DNA of 64,000 nucleotides, taken from the NCBI GenBank assembly GCA_947632605.1, contig CANRPX010000007.1:4882-68881 (forward strand). The letters are read 5' to 3'. The notes under the pieces were generated by a model. That model was not told the DNA's origin, did not search any database, and worked only from the letters and a program-made list of their open reading frames with translations. This DNA is from an uncultured Clostridia bacterium. GTDB taxonomy: Bacteria; Bacillota; Clostridia; TANB77; CAG-508. The position numbers and the translations under genes were made by a program. This document shows positions 10,129 through 20,837 of the stretch, in pieces (position 1 is the first letter of the stretch; every line of letters starts with the position of its first letter).

Positions 10129-10878
10129 TTGTATATGAAAAAGAAATTTTTAAAAATTACAATTGTGGCTATTTTATTAGTACTTGTATATACAACAATA
10201 GTTAATGCTTTAGGATTCACAGCTACAATGACATCAAGCAGTTCAAATGTAGAACCTTCTTCTGAATTTACAGTAAAAGTTAGTGTATCTAATTTGGACG
10301 TTGGAGATAATGGAATAAACCAATTAAATGGTACATTAAGTTATGATGAAGATGTATTTGAAGAAATAAATGATAGTAGTATTGAAGGACTTGATACTTG
10401 GAGTCATTCTTATGATTCAGAAGCAAAAACTGTTAAATTAACAAAAACAACTTTTGTAAAAAAAGATGAAGAAGTTTTCCAAGTAACATTTAAAACAAAA
10501 GCAGATGTAAAATCAGGAACAGTTGGAAAAATTAATTTTACAGGAATAACAGCAAGTAATAGTGAGCAATCTATTCCAGCAACAGATGTTTCTATATCAA
10601 TTACAGTTGGTGGAGAGCCTATAAACACAGCAAATGTTAATTCAGAAAATCAAAGTCCACTTATCTTATCAGCAAATACTAATAGTAACACTAACACTAA
10701 TACTAATACTAATGTAAATAAAATACCTGTTAATTCATATATAGATCAAGAAAATAAAACTGAAGAAGAAGTTCCTTATACAGGTGTTGAAGATACATTA
10801 ATTTATTTAGTTGGTGCATTCATAATTTTAGCAATTATATTCTATATAAAATTTGAAAAAGTAAATAGCAAATTGTAA
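10129..10878 (+). CDS. Cohesin-domain cell-surface protein with a C-terminal sorting-signal-like anchor (VPYTG + TM + basic tail)
   Basis: After an N-terminal signal/TM there is a cohesin-like beta-sandwich pattern of about 140 aa (FTVKVSVSNLDVGDNGINQLNGTLSYDEDVFEEI ... VFQVTFKTKADVKSGTVGKINFTGI). A TN-repeat linker follows. The C-terminus reads VPYTG, then a hydrophobic helix, then KFEKVNSKL. Confidence 0.55.
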   Translation: MYMKKKFLKITIVAILLVLVYTTIVNALGFTATMTSSSSNVEPSSEFTVKVSVSNLDVGDNGINQLNGTLSYDEDVFEEINDSSIEGLDTWSHSYDSEAKTVKLTKTTFVKKDEEVFQVTFKTKADVKSGTVGKINFTGITASNSEQSIPATDVSISITVGGEPINTANVNSENQSPLILSANTNSNTNTNTNTNVNKIPVNSYIDQENKTEEEVPYTGVEDTLIYLVGAFIILAIIFYIKFEKVNSKL

Positions 10879-10891
10879 AATATAATAAACT

Positions 10892-10921
10892 AAGGGCAAC
10901 TTTTAAAGTTGCTCTTTTTTT
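10892..10921 (+). terminator. Intrinsic terminator after the cohesin gene
   Basis: GCAACTT / AAGTTGC stem followed by T8. Confidence 0.5.
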
Positions 10922-10984
10922 GTGTTGAAAAATAAAATATCATAATATATAATAAGAATACTAAATTTTTAAAGGATGTAATAA

Positions 10985-12892
10985 ATGAAATTATTGATAA
11001 CAGAAAAACCTTCAGTTGCAATGGATTTTGCAAAAGTACTGAAATTAAATACAACTAAAAAAAATGGTTATATAGAAGACAAAGATTGGATTATAACTTG
11101 GTGCTATGGTCATTTAGTTACAATGAGTTATCCAGAAGCTTATGATGAGAAACTTAAATTTTGGAGATTAGATACACTCCCATTTATTCCAGAAGAATGG
11201 AAATATGAAGTAATATCAGGAGGAATTCAAGCAAAACAATTTGAAATAATAAAAAATCTATTACAAAGAGAAGATGTAACTGAAATATATAATGCTGGAG
11301 ACTCTGGACGTGAAGGAGAATATATTCAAAGATTAGTTTTTATGATGGCTAATCCAAATCCAAAAGCAGAGATGAAAAGAGTTTGGATAGATTCTCAAAC
11401 AGAAGAAGAAATTCAAAGAGGAATAAGAGAAGCAAAAAATTTAAAAGAATATGATAGTCTATCAGATTCTGCATATTTAAGAGCAAAAGAAGATTATTTA
11501 ATTGGAATTAATTTTTCAAGACTTTTATCAATAATTTTTGGGAAAAGAATTGCTAAAGATATAAATGAAGAAAAAGTTTCAATTTCAGTCGGTAGAGTTA
11601 TGACATGCGTATTAGGAATGGTTGTTTCAAGAGAACGAGAAATAAGAAATTTTGTTAAAACAAAATATTATAAAGTAGTTGGAAACTTTGGTGAAACAGA
11701 AGAGAATGTATTAAAAGCAGAATGGAAAGTAAGTGAAACTTCAAAATTATATAATAGCAATTTACTATATAATGAAACTGGTTTTAAATCAGAAGAAAAT
11801 GCTAAAAAATTTATATTAAGTTTAAAAGATAAAAAAGCAGTTATAACAGAGCTAAAAAAATCTAAACAAAAAGAAAATGCTCCACTTTTATTTAATTTAG
11901 CAGAAATTCAAAATGAATGCACAAAAGTATTTAAAATAAAACCAGATGAAACATTAGAAATTGTGCAAGAATTATATGAAAAAAAATTAGTTACATATCC
12001 TAGAACTGATGCTAGAGTATTATCAACTGCTATTGCAAAAGAAATAGGAAAAAACTTAAATGGATTATATAAGAATTTTAAAGATGAAGAAATAAGTACA
12101 TATATTTCTAAAATGATTAATGAAAAATTTAGTACAAATCTTGTTAAAACCAAATATGTAAATGATAGTAAAATAACTGATCATTATGCAATTATACCAA
12201 CAGGACAGGGATTTGAAAATTATGATAAATTATCAAATTTAAAAAAAGATATTTATAAACTTATTGTAAAAAGATTTATTGCTATATTTTATCCTCCAGC
12301 AGAGTATAACAAAATAAATTTATCAATTGATGTTGAAGGAGAAACCTTTACAAGTAGTGGTAGAAGTTGTACAAAACAGGGATATTTAGAAGTATTAAAA
12401 AATAGAATAAAAGATGATGAAGAAAAAAATTTAGAATTATTTGCAAACTTGAAAAAAGGAAGCAAGATTAATGTTATAAATTATGAAACAAAAGATTCTG
12501 AAACATCTCCACCTTCAAGATATAATTCTGGTGGTATGGTTTTAGCAATGGAAAACGCTGGAAAACTAATTGAAGATGAAACTTTAAGAGAGCAAATAAA
12601 AGGAGCAGGAATAGGAACTTCTGCAACTAGAGGAGAAATAATAAAAAAATTAGAAAGAATTAACTATATTCAAATAAATTCTAAAACACAAATAATTACA
12701 CCAACTTTAAAAGGAGAAGCAGTATATGATATTGTTAATAAATCTATACCAGATATGCTTAATCCAGATTTAACTGCAAGTTGGGAAAAAGGATTAGATT
12801 TAGTAGCAAAAAAAGAAATTAAACCAGAAATTTTTATGGAAAAACTAAAAAAATATATAAATTCAAAAATAAATAAATTAGTTTTAAAATAA
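10985..12892 (+). CDS. topB: DNA topoisomerase III
   Basis: The N-terminal Toprim reads MKLLITEKPSVA. The active-site region and the 635-aa length are typical of TopB. Confidence 0.85.
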   Translation: MKLLITEKPSVAMDFAKVLKLNTTKKNGYIEDKDWIITWCYGHLVTMSYPEAYDEKLKFWRLDTLPFIPEEWKYEVISGGIQAKQFEIIKNLLQREDVTEIYNAGDSGREGEYIQRLVFMMANPNPKAEMKRVWIDSQTEEEIQRGIREAKNLKEYDSLSDSAYLRAKEDYLIGINFSRLLSIIFGKRIAKDINEEKVSISVGRVMTCVLGMVVSREREIRNFVKTKYYKVVGNFGETEENVLKAEWKVSETSKLYNSNLLYNETGFKSEENAKKFILSLKDKKAVITELKKSKQKENAPLLFNLAEIQNECTKVFKIKPDETLEIVQELYEKKLVTYPRTDARVLSTAIAKEIGKNLNGLYKNFKDEEISTYISKMINEKFSTNLVKTKYVNDSKITDHYAIIPTGQGFENYDKLSNLKKDIYKLIVKRFIAIFYPPAEYNKINLSIDVEGETFTSSGRSCTKQGYLEVLKNRIKDDEEKNLELFANLKKGSKINVINYETKDSETSPPSRYNSGGMVLAMENAGKLIEDETLREQIKGAGIGTSATRGEIIKKLERINYIQINSKTQIITPTLKGEAVYDIVNKSIPDMLNPDLTASWEKGLDLVAKKEIKPEIFMEKLKKYINSKINKLVLK

Positions 12893-12976
12893 TAAAACAA
12901 ATTATGTATAATTTAATAGAACTTTTTATGTTAAATCCTCATAATATGTAACATAAGATTATGAGGAGGAAAGCTT

Positions 12977-14233
12977 ATGTATAGCTACATAATAAAAGGT
13001 GGGAAGAAACTGCACGGAGAAACCTTTGTGTCAGGATCAAAAAATGCAAGTTTACCAATACTTGCAGCTTCTATTATAAGTGGAAAAACCACTAAATTAT
13101 ACAATGTTCCAGATATAGAAGATGTTAGAATAACATTACAGATTTTAAGAGAATTAGGTTGTAAGATAAAAAAAGAAAAAAACAAAGTTACTATCAATTC
13201 AAGATATATGACCAAAACTGTTATACCAGAAAACCTAATGAGAAAATTAAGATCATCTGTTATAATTGCAGGAGCAATTATTGCAAGATTTAAAAATGTA
13301 CAATTTTCATATCCAGGGGGATGTGATATAGGTTCTAGACCTATTAATTTACACTTAGAAAACTTTAAAAAAATCGGTATAAAAATAGATGAAAATACTA
13401 GATATATTGAGTGCAAATATGATAAAATAGAAACGAAAAATATTGTATTAGATTTTCCAAGTGTAGGAGCAACTGAAAATTTAATATTAGCTTCAATTTT
13501 AGGAAATCAAGAAATTACAATTAGTAATGCTGCAATGGAACCAGAAATAGTTGATTTAGCTTGCTTTTTGAATAGAATGGGAGCTAAAGTTTATGGTGCT
13601 GGTACAAATATAATAAAAATAAAAGGTGTAACAACATTAAAAAATGTTTCTTATAAAATTATGCCAGATAGAATAGAAGCTGGAACACTTTTAATAGCAG
13701 GTGCAATAACAGGTGGAATGATAAAAATAAATGGCGTAATACCAGAACATATAAGCCCTGTTTTAGATAAATTAGAAGAGACTGGATGTGAAATAAAGTT
13801 ATCTAAAAATGCAGTGTATTTAAGTGTTAATAAAAAATTAAAAGCAGTAAATATAAAAACAATGCCATACCCTGGATTTCCAACTGATTTACAACCATTA
13901 TTTTCTACATTACTTACTATTTGTGAAGGAACATCAATAATTAGTGAAAATATATTTGAAAATAGATTTAAATTCATACAAGAAATACAGAGAATGGGAG
14001 CAAAAGCTACAATAGAAGGAAAAACATTAATTATAAAAGGAGTAAAAAAACTTCATTCAGCAGATTTAGAGAGTACAGATTTAAGAGGTGGAGCTTCTAT
14101 GGTTTTAGCTGGGTTATGTGCAAAAGGAACAACAAAAGTAAGTAATTTAAAATATTTAATTAGAGGATATGAAAATTTAGATATAAAATTAAGAGAGCTA
14201 GGTGCAGATATTATTCGAAAAGAAGGTGAATAG
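12977..14233 (+). CDS. murA: UDP-N-acetylglucosamine 1-carboxyvinyltransferase
   Basis: The N-terminus is KGGKKLHGETFVSGSKNASLPILAASI and the active-site Cys lies in PGGCDIGSRP. An RBS GAGGAGG sits 7 nt upstream. Confidence 0.9.
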   Translation: MYSYIIKGGKKLHGETFVSGSKNASLPILAASIISGKTTKLYNVPDIEDVRITLQILRELGCKIKKEKNKVTINSRYMTKTVIPENLMRKLRSSVIIAGAIIARFKNVQFSYPGGCDIGSRPINLHLENFKKIGIKIDENTRYIECKYDKIETKNIVLDFPSVGATENLILASILGNQEITISNAAMEPEIVDLACFLNRMGAKVYGAGTNIIKIKGVTTLKNVSYKIMPDRIEAGTLLIAGAITGGMIKINGVIPEHISPVLDKLEETGCEIKLSKNAVYLSVNKKLKAVNIKTMPYPGFPTDLQPLFSTLLTICEGTSIISENIFENRFKFIQEIQRMGAKATIEGKTLIIKGVKKLHSADLESTDLRGGASMVLAGLCAKGTTKVSNLKYLIRGYENLDIKLRELGADIIRKEGE

Positions 14234-14236
14234 ATT

Positions 14237-15130
14237 TTGGATGATGAGATTGTTATAGGAATTGATGTAAAAGATAAATCTAATAACAAAAAAAATAACA
14301 AGAAAAAAAGTAATACTAAAAAAAATGAAGGAAAAAAACAAAAAAATAGTAAAAGTAGCAAAAATAACAAAAATGCTAAAAATAGTAAAAATGAGAAAAG
14401 TAATAATTTTGCACTAAAAAATAAAATATTTATTTTTATTCTTTTAATAATAGCAGTAATAATTTTACTTAGTTCAAGTCTATTTAATGTAGAAGATATT
14501 ATAATAGTTGGAAATAATAAAATTTCTAATGAAACAATAATAAGTTTATCAGGAATAGAATTACATGAAAATATGTTTAAATTTAATAAGTTATCAGTTA
14601 TTGATAAACTAAAACAAGAACCTTATATAGAAAATGTAAAAATATCAAGAAAACTTCCAAACAAGATTGAAATAACAGTTGAAGAAAGGACACCTAAATA
14701 TAGTCTTGAATATGCAGGAAGTTATGCATATATAAATAATCAAGGATATATTCTAGAAATAACAAATGAAAAATTAAATTTACCAATATTAACAGGATTT
14801 TCAACAGATTTATCTAATATAAAAGCAGGAGAGAGAATTAATGTTGAAGATTTAAAGAAAATGGATACAGTTATTAAAATATACGAAGTTGCAAACAGTA
14901 ATGGAATTGGTAATTTAATTACTAAAATAGATATTTCAAATGACAAAAATTATTCATTAATATTAGAAACAGAAGGAAAAACAGTTTATTTAGGAGATTG
15001 TTCTAATTTGAATACAAGAATTTTAACTTTAAAATCAATATTAGAAGCTTCTACTGGAAAAACTGGAGAAATATTTTTAAATGTAGACTTAAATTCTGAA
15101 AATGTATATTTTAGGCCTAGTAGTAATTAA
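14237..15130 (+). CDS. ftsQ: Cell division protein FtsQ/DivIB (TTG start)
   Basis: It sits between murA and ftsA in the dcw cluster. It has a Lys-rich cytoplasmic N-terminus, a single TM, then a POTRA-like extracellular region. Confidence 0.65.
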   Translation: MDDEIVIGIDVKDKSNNKKNNKKKSNTKKNEGKKQKNSKSSKNNKNAKNSKNEKSNNFALKNKIFIFILLIIAVIILLSSSLFNVEDIIIVGNNKISNETIISLSGIELHENMFKFNKLSVIDKLKQEPYIENVKISRKLPNKIEITVEERTPKYSLEYAGSYAYINNQGYILEITNEKLNLPILTGFSTDLSNIKAGERINVEDLKKMDTVIKIYEVANSNGIGNLITKIDISNDKNYSLILETEGKTVYLGDCSNLNTRILTLKSILEASTGKTGEIFLNVDLNSENVYFRPSSN

Positions 15131-15154
15131 TTGGAATAGAAAGGAGAACATATT

Positions 15155-15883
15155 GTGGACAAAAAAAATAAATTAAAAGTCTCATTATTATTAGGAATAA
15201 TGTGTTTATTATTGACATTAGGAATTTCAATTCAAATAAATACTGTAAATAATAGTAGCACAACAGTAGGAAGAACTTTAGCTGAAAATGAATTAAGAGA
15301 TAGTGTATTAAGATGGAAACAAAAATATGAAAATGCTTTTAAAGATTTAGAAAATAAAGAGAAAGAATTGGATGAACTAAGAGAGCAAGTAGCAAACAAA
15401 GATGAAAGTTATGGTGGATTAACAGATAAATTAAAAAACTATAATTTGATGCTTGGTAATACAGAACTTATAGGAAAAGGTGTTATAATCACATTAAAAG
15501 ATGGAGATAGTTCATTACTAAAAGGATTTGCAAATGATTATATTGTTCATAATGGTGATTTACTAGAAATAGTAAATGCATTAAAAAATGCAGATGCTGA
15601 TGCAATTTCAATAAATGATCAAAGAATTGTTGGAGGCACATCAATAAATTGTGTAGGTAATGTTATTAAAATAAATGATGAAAAAATTGCTGCACCATTT
15701 GTTATAAAGGCTATAGGAAGACCAATACAACTTTACAGTTCACTAACTATGCCAGGAGGATATTTAGAAATATTAAAAAATGCAGGTGTTCAGGTAGATA
15801 TACAAGAAATAGAAAAAGAATCAATAATTATACCAAAATATAATGGAGTTTATAAATTTGAACATGCAACAATTTATGAATAG
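15155..15883 (+). CDS. DUF881 family division-associated protein (YlxW-like), paralog 1
   Basis: N-terminal TM, a coiled coil, and the conserved block GKGVIITLKDG ... LLEIVNALKNADADAISINDQRIV. Its position upstream of sbp/ftsA matches Firmicute synteny. Confidence 0.65.
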   Translation: MDKKNKLKVSLLLGIMCLLLTLGISIQINTVNNSSTTVGRTLAENELRDSVLRWKQKYENAFKDLENKEKELDELREQVANKDESYGGLTDKLKNYNLMLGNTELIGKGVIITLKDGDSSLLKGFANDYIVHNGDLLEIVNALKNADADAISINDQRIVGGTSINCVGNVIKINDEKIAAPFVIKAIGRPIQLYSSLTMPGGYLEILKNAGVQVDIQEIEKESIIIPKYNGVYKFEHATIYE

Positions 15884-15885
15884 AG

Positions 15886-16611
15886 GTGATGAATTTGAAA
15901 GCAAAAATAACTATGACAATATCTATTGCATGTACAGCACTTATTTTAACGATGATTATGTTTACACAATTTAAAACGGTTGATGAAACAGATATAACAG
16001 CAATAGAAACAATGAGAGAAACAGAATTAAGATCAGAACTTGCAACATGGAAAACAAAATATGAAGAATTAGAATCTAAAATTGATGAAAATGAAAATAG
16101 AATAAATGAATATAAAACGGAATTAGAAAATGATGCTAATGCATCAACAATATTAGAAAACGAAGTAAAAGAAGCAGAAAGTTATTTAGGAAAAACAAAT
16201 TTACAAGGACAGGGAATAGTAGTAACTTTAAAAGATAATGATACTAGAGATATTATTCATTCTGATTTGTTAGAACTTATTAATGAACTTAATATTGCTG
16301 GAGCAGAAGCGATTTCAATTAATGATGAGAGAATTGTATCAACATCAGAAATAGTATTAGTTAATAATACAATGATTTTAGTAAATACAAAAAGAGTTGC
16401 AGGACCTTATGTTGTAAAAGCAATTGGAGATAAGCAGTATTTACAAAGTGCATTAACTATAAAAGATGGATATGTTGATTTAATAAAATCAGATGGAAAA
16501 GATATAGAATATTATGTAGATGATAATATTGTTATACCAGCTTATGATGGAGAACAAGTTTTAGAACATGCTAAAGAATATATTGAAGATGAGGAGGAAG
16601 TAAAGAAATGA
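15886..16611 (+). CDS. DUF881 family protein, paralog 2
   Basis: It shares the same conserved block (GQGIVVTLKDN ... LLELINELNIAGAEAISINDERIV) and is tandem to the previous gene. Confidence 0.65.
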   Translation: MMNLKAKITMTISIACTALILTMIMFTQFKTVDETDITAIETMRETELRSELATWKTKYEELESKIDENENRINEYKTELENDANASTILENEVKEAESYLGKTNLQGQGIVVTLKDNDTRDIIHSDLLELINELNIAGAEAISINDERIVSTSEIVLVNNTMILVNTKRVAGPYVVKAIGDKQYLQSALTIKDGYVDLIKSDGKDIEYYVDDNIVIPAYDGEQVLEHAKEYIEDEEEVKK

Positions 16612-17009
16612 TATATATTGCTGTAATTTTAGGATGTGTGATAGGAGCCATACTTGGACATTTTGCACCAGTAATACCTTATACATATTCAAGTTATTTA
16701 TCAATAGCAATAGTTGCTGCATTAGATACTGTTTTTGGAGGCATTGCTTCTGTTGTAAAAGGAAACTTTGATTTAAAAATATTTTTATCAGGATTCTTTG
16801 GAAATTCTATTTTATCAATAGCTTTAACATTTTTAGGGGAACAATTAAATGTAGATATATATTTAGCTGCGATAGTAGTATTTGTTGGAAGAATGTTTAC
16901 AAATCTAGCAATTATTAGAAGATATTATATTGATAAATGGGTTAAAATGATAGAAAAAAGAAAGAAAGTTGCAAATGAAACAGTGGAAGAAGAAGGTCAA
17001 GAAGACTAA
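16608..17009 (+). CDS. sbp: Small basic membrane protein (Sbp/DUF1290)
   Basis: 133 aa, multi-TM, and overlaps the upstream gene by 4 nt. Its position before ftsA matches B. subtilis sbp. Confidence 0.55.
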   Translation: MIYIAVILGCVIGAILGHFAPVIPYTYSSYLSIAIVAALDTVFGGIASVVKGNFDLKIFLSGFFGNSILSIALTFLGEQLNVDIYLAAIVVFVGRMFTNLAIIRRYYIDKWVKMIEKRKKVANETVEEEGQED

Positions 17010-17041
17010 TCTATAAGTTAAAAAATAAATGAAAAGAACTA

Positions 17042-17084
17042 AAAAACTTTTTGAAGTTTTTAGTTCTTTTATTTAATGGTTTAA
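17042..17084 (+). terminator. Intrinsic terminator after sbp
   Basis: AAAAGAACTAAAAAACTT / TTTTTAGTTCTTTT hairpin with a T-run. Confidence 0.6.
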
Positions 17085-17302
17085 AAAAGTTAAAAAAGTT
17101 AAATAATATATAAGAAAAATATTGAATTTATGAAAAAAATAATTTATATTATAAATTGTGTCTAATATTTTTCAAGAACATCAAAAATATTACATTTTAA
17201 TTACAAAAATATGTCATTTTCACTTGACTTTTTACTAAAAATGTAATATTCTTATCGCATAAGATTTTTTCAAAATAAAAAATAAAAAAGTAATTAATTT
17301 TA

Positions 17303-18550
17303 ATGGAGGAGTTAACTTTGGCAATAGGGGATATAATTGTTGGTATCGATATTGGCACTTCTAAAGTTAGTACTTTCGTTGGCGAAGTTAATAATTTCAA
17401 TCAAATTGAAATTATATGCAGTACAAGCAGTAAATGTTCAGCAATTCAAAAAGGAAAAATTGTTGATGAAGAAGAATTAAGTAACGCAATATCTAAAACA
17501 ATTAGTGAAGTTGAAGATATTTCAAACTTACAAATTAATTCCGCTTATACTACAATACCGGGTAAGTATATAACAATAGTTCAAAACAGTATCGTAAAAG
17601 ATGCAAAAGATAAATTAGCTGGTATATCAATAAAAGATGTTGCTTCAGCAATAATCCAAGTTAGAGATATAGAAATCCCAGAAGATAAAGTTTTAATAGA
17701 TATAGTACCAGATAAGTTTATCTTAGAAGATGGCAAAGCAGTAGATGATCCTGTTGGTAAATTTAGTAGTAATTTTACTTTAACTGCTCAAATTATATTA
17801 GCAGAAAAGGAATACATTAGACAGTTAACTTCTGTATTTAAAAAATCTGGAATAGAAATTGATGGAGTGGTTCCAATATCACTTGCAGAGAGAAATTTAG
17901 TATTAGATACAAACGAATTGTCAGACAATGTCATGATTTTAGACATTGGTGCTGGAAATACTGAAATAGGAATATTTAACGGTTCTACTTTTGTTTATAC
18001 TAATACTATTTCTTTAGGTGGTGACAATATAACTAGTGATATAGCTTATGTTTTAAACATTTCTAGAGAAGAAGCAGATAAATTAAAAAGACAATATGGT
18101 TTAGCATTAAGATCTTTTATAGATAATGATAATAACATCATACTAAATACTTGCAAAGATTTTGATTCAAAGAATATGACTATTAAAAGTTCTGATTTAA
18201 TAGAAATAATTGAAGCAAGAATAGAAGAAATATTCACACTAGTTAATAAAGATATAATTTCTCATGGAATTAAAAATAATATTAATAATGTTGTTCTAAC
18301 AGGTGAAGGAATTATTAATATTAATAAAAGTGATATGTCTGGAAAAATAATTCTTAATATACCAGTTAAGATTTCTACTGGAAGATTAATTAGTACAGTA
18401 AAATCAACATATAGAGTTAGTTATGCATTAGTTAGATATATAGCAGCAAGACCTTATGCAAAAACAGTTTCTAGCAGCATATCTGTAAAAACAGAAAGAA
18501 ATATCTTAAAAACAATTTTAGAAAAAGTAAAAGACTTTTTCTATTCATAA
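17303..18550 (+). CDS. ftsA: Cell division protein FtsA. The real start is probably the TTG at 17318, 7 nt after the RBS GGAGGA.
   Basis: The actin-like N-terminus reads IVGIDIGTSKVSTFVGEV, followed by a DIGAGNTEIGIF phosphate-2 motif. 415 aa. Confidence 0.85.
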   Translation: MEELTLAIGDIIVGIDIGTSKVSTFVGEVNNFNQIEIICSTSSKCSAIQKGKIVDEEELSNAISKTISEVEDISNLQINSAYTTIPGKYITIVQNSIVKDAKDKLAGISIKDVASAIIQVRDIEIPEDKVLIDIVPDKFILEDGKAVDDPVGKFSSNFTLTAQIILAEKEYIRQLTSVFKKSGIEIDGVVPISLAERNLVLDTNELSDNVMILDIGAGNTEIGIFNGSTFVYTNTISLGGDNITSDIAYVLNISREEADKLKRQYGLALRSFIDNDNNIILNTCKDFDSKNMTIKSSDLIEIIEARIEEIFTLVNKDIISHGIKNNINNVVLTGEGIININKSDMSGKIILNIPVKISTGRLISTVKSTYRVSYALVRYIAARPYAKTVSSSISVKTERNILKTILEKVKDFFYS

Positions 18551-18606
18551 AATAAGTTTTTAATTTTAAAAATATATATAGAGTTTAAAGAAGGAGGAAA
18601 TACCTT

Positions 18607-19743
18607 ATGATTATGGATGAGAATGACTTGAACTACATGATGGATGGAACAGCTACAATTAAAGTTATTGGTGTTGGAGGAGCAGGAAACAATGCAGTAA
18701 ACAGAATGATTGAGGCTGGAATAAAAAACGTTGAATTTATCGCAGTTAACACAGATAGACAAACATTAAATGAATCAAAAGCTTCTTCAAAAATTCAGAT
18801 TGGTGAAAAATTAACAAGAGGTTTAGGTGCTGGTGCAAATCCAGATATCGGAACTCAAGCAGCTGAAGAAAGTAGAGCAGAAATAGCAGAAGTACTTAAA
18901 GGAGCTGATATGGTTTTTGTTACAGCTGGTATGGGTGGAGGAACTGGAACAGGTGCTGCCCCAATAGTTGCAGAAACAGCTAGAGAGTTAGGAATATTAA
19001 CAATAGGTGTAGTAACAAAACCATTTACTTTTGAAGGAAAGAAAAGATTAGCACAAGCTGAGAGAGGTGTTGCAGCTTTAAAAGGAAAAGTTGATACATT
19101 AGTTGTTATTCCAAATGATAAATTATTACAAGTTATAGATAGAAAGACATCAATGGTTGAAGCTTTTAGAATGGCAGATGATGTTTTAAGACAAGGTGTT
19201 CAAGGTATATCAGATTTAATTTGTGTACCAGGTGTAATTAATCTAGACTTTGCAGATGTTAGAACAATTATGTTAAATCAAGGAATGGCTCACATGGGTA
19301 TAGGATGTGCTAGTGGAGAAAATAGAGCAGAAGATGCTGCAAAACAAGCTATTCAAAGTCCATTACTAGAAACTTCAATAGAAGGTGCAAGAGGTATTAT
19401 AATAAATATAACTGGTGGAAGTGATATGGGATTACATGAAGCAAATACTGCAGCTGAACTAGTACAAAGAAGTGCAGATCCAGAAGCTAATATCATTTTC
19501 GGTACAGTAATAGATGATTCTATGGGAGATGAAATTCAAATTACAGTTATAGCTACTGGATTTGAAAAAGAAGAAGATAGAAAAATGAATTCACAATATG
19601 AAAATATTGTTGCAGATGCTTGGAGAAAGAGAAATGCAAACAATGCAGCACAAAGCAGTAGCATAATATCTTCATCAGATTCTTCAGGAGATTTAGATAT
19701 TCCTACTTTCTTAAGAAAAAATAAAGGATTAGGAAATAAATAA
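18607..19743 (+). CDS. ftsZ: Cell division GTPase FtsZ
   Basis: The tubulin signature GGGTGTG is present with [17 protein letters not shown], and a conserved C-terminal peptide DIPTFLRK. Confidence 0.95.
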   Translation: MIMDENDLNYMMDGTATIKVIGVGGAGNNAVNRMIEAGIKNVEFIAVNTDRQTLNESKASSKIQIGEKLTRGLGAGANPDIGTQAAEESRAEIAEVLKGADMVFVTAGMGGGTGTGAAPIVAETARELGILTIGVVTKPFTFEGKKRLAQAERGVAALKGKVDTLVVIPNDKLLQVIDRKTSMVEAFRMADDVLRQGVQGISDLICVPGVINLDFADVRTIMLNQGMAHMGIGCASGENRAEDAAKQAIQSPLLETSIEGARGIIINITGGSDMGLHEANTAAELVQRSADPEANIIFGTVIDDSMGDEIQITVIATGFEKEEDRKMNSQYENIVADAWRKRNANNAAQSSSIISSSDSSGDLDIPTFLRKNKGLGNK

Positions 19744-19766
19744 TATATTTTATCAAAAATACGAAG

Positions 19767-19801
19767 AAATAATCTACTTTTGTAGATTATTTCTTTTTTT
19801 C
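19767..19801 (+). terminator. Intrinsic terminator after ftsZ
   Basis: AAATAATCTAC-TTTTG-TAGATTATTT hairpin followed by T8. Confidence 0.65.
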
Positions 19802-19890
19802 TGCCCTAGAATATGACAGTATTTTTAAAACAAGAAGAGTACAATAAGTTTAAATTAATATTTAAACTATGAAAGGAAAAGAAAAACAAA

Positions 19891-20793
19891 ATGACGATAT
19901 ACTTAGATGTTGTATTTTTCGAGAACGTTATTTTAAATTTCATAATAATATTATCAACATCAATATTGAGCAAAACAGTAACTAATACAAAGAGAATTAT
20001 GATATCTAGCATAATTGGTGGCATATATGCAATTTTAAATTATATTGTTAATTTAAATTCATTTTTTAACATAGTAATTAAAATTATAATATCTTTTATT
20101 ATGATAATGATAGCATTTGGTAAGTACAGTGTAAAAAAAGTAATAAAAGAAGTAATATTTTTCTATTTAGTAACTTTTACTTTTGGAGGAATTGCTTTTA
20201 TGTTATTGTTTTTCATCAATCCAAATAATATTGTTATCGTAAAAAATCATTTTGTTGGTACTTATCCTATAAAAGTAGCTATACTATCTGGATTAGTAGG
20301 ATTTATTACAATTAGCATAGTATCAAAAATTATTAAAACTAAAATAAACAAAAAAATTACAATTTGTGAATTAGAAATATTTTATAACGGAAAAAATAAG
20401 AAAATAAAAACTATGCTAGATACAGGAAATTTACTTAAGGAACCTATTAGTAATGCAGATGTGGCAATTGTTGAAAAGGCAAGTTTAGATGACATTGTTT
20501 CAAAAAAATTGTTGCAAGATATGAAGTATATTTTGCAAGGTGAATGGATTGAAAATTCAAGTATTCATGATTATAAATTCAAACTTGTACCTTTTTCTTC
20601 ATTAGGAAATGAAAATGGATTATTAATAGCATTTAAACCAGATTATATAAAAATATATGGAGAAGAAGAACTTGTTAGAGATGATGTATTAATTGCAATA
20701 TATGATGGAAAATTATCAAGAAATAATATGTATACAAGTTTAATTGGTTTAGATATTTTAAATAATTCTAAAAGTATAAAAAATATTTCATAA
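19891..20793 (+). CDS. spoIIGA: Sporulation sigma-E processing peptidase SpoIIGA
   Basis: Polytopic membrane N-terminus. The C-terminal aspartic-protease domain has the DTG motif (MLDTGNLL). It lies immediately upstream of sigE. Confidence 0.8.
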   Translation: MTIYLDVVFFENVILNFIIILSTSILSKTVTNTKRIMISSIIGGIYAILNYIVNLNSFFNIVIKIIISFIMIMIAFGKYSVKKVIKEVIFFYLVTFTFGGIAFMLLFFINPNNIVIVKNHFVGTYPIKVAILSGLVGFITISIVSKIIKTKINKKITICELEIFYNGKNKKIKTMLDTGNLLKEPISNADVAIVEKASLDDIVSKKLLQDMKYILQGEWIENSSIHDYKFKLVPFSSLGNENGLLIAFKPDYIKIYGEEELVRDDVLIAIYDGKLSRNNMYTSLIGLDILNNSKSIKNIS

Positions 20794-20837
20794 TAAATGT
20801 AGTTTAAATATTAAAAAACTATTAAGGGGGGAACAAA

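Noticed and set aside
10660-10730. ACTAAC/ACTAAT microsatellite (TNTNTN)
   Set aside because: Short coding linker repeat in the cohesin protein, with nothing beyond that.
12985-13416. Minus-strand ORFs inside murA, topB, addB, aspS and others (for example 12985-13416, 11908-12153, 39875-40324)
   Set aside because: They are embedded antisense in well-supported genes, have AT-rich Phe/Ile/Leu-biased translations and no RBS, so they are spurious.
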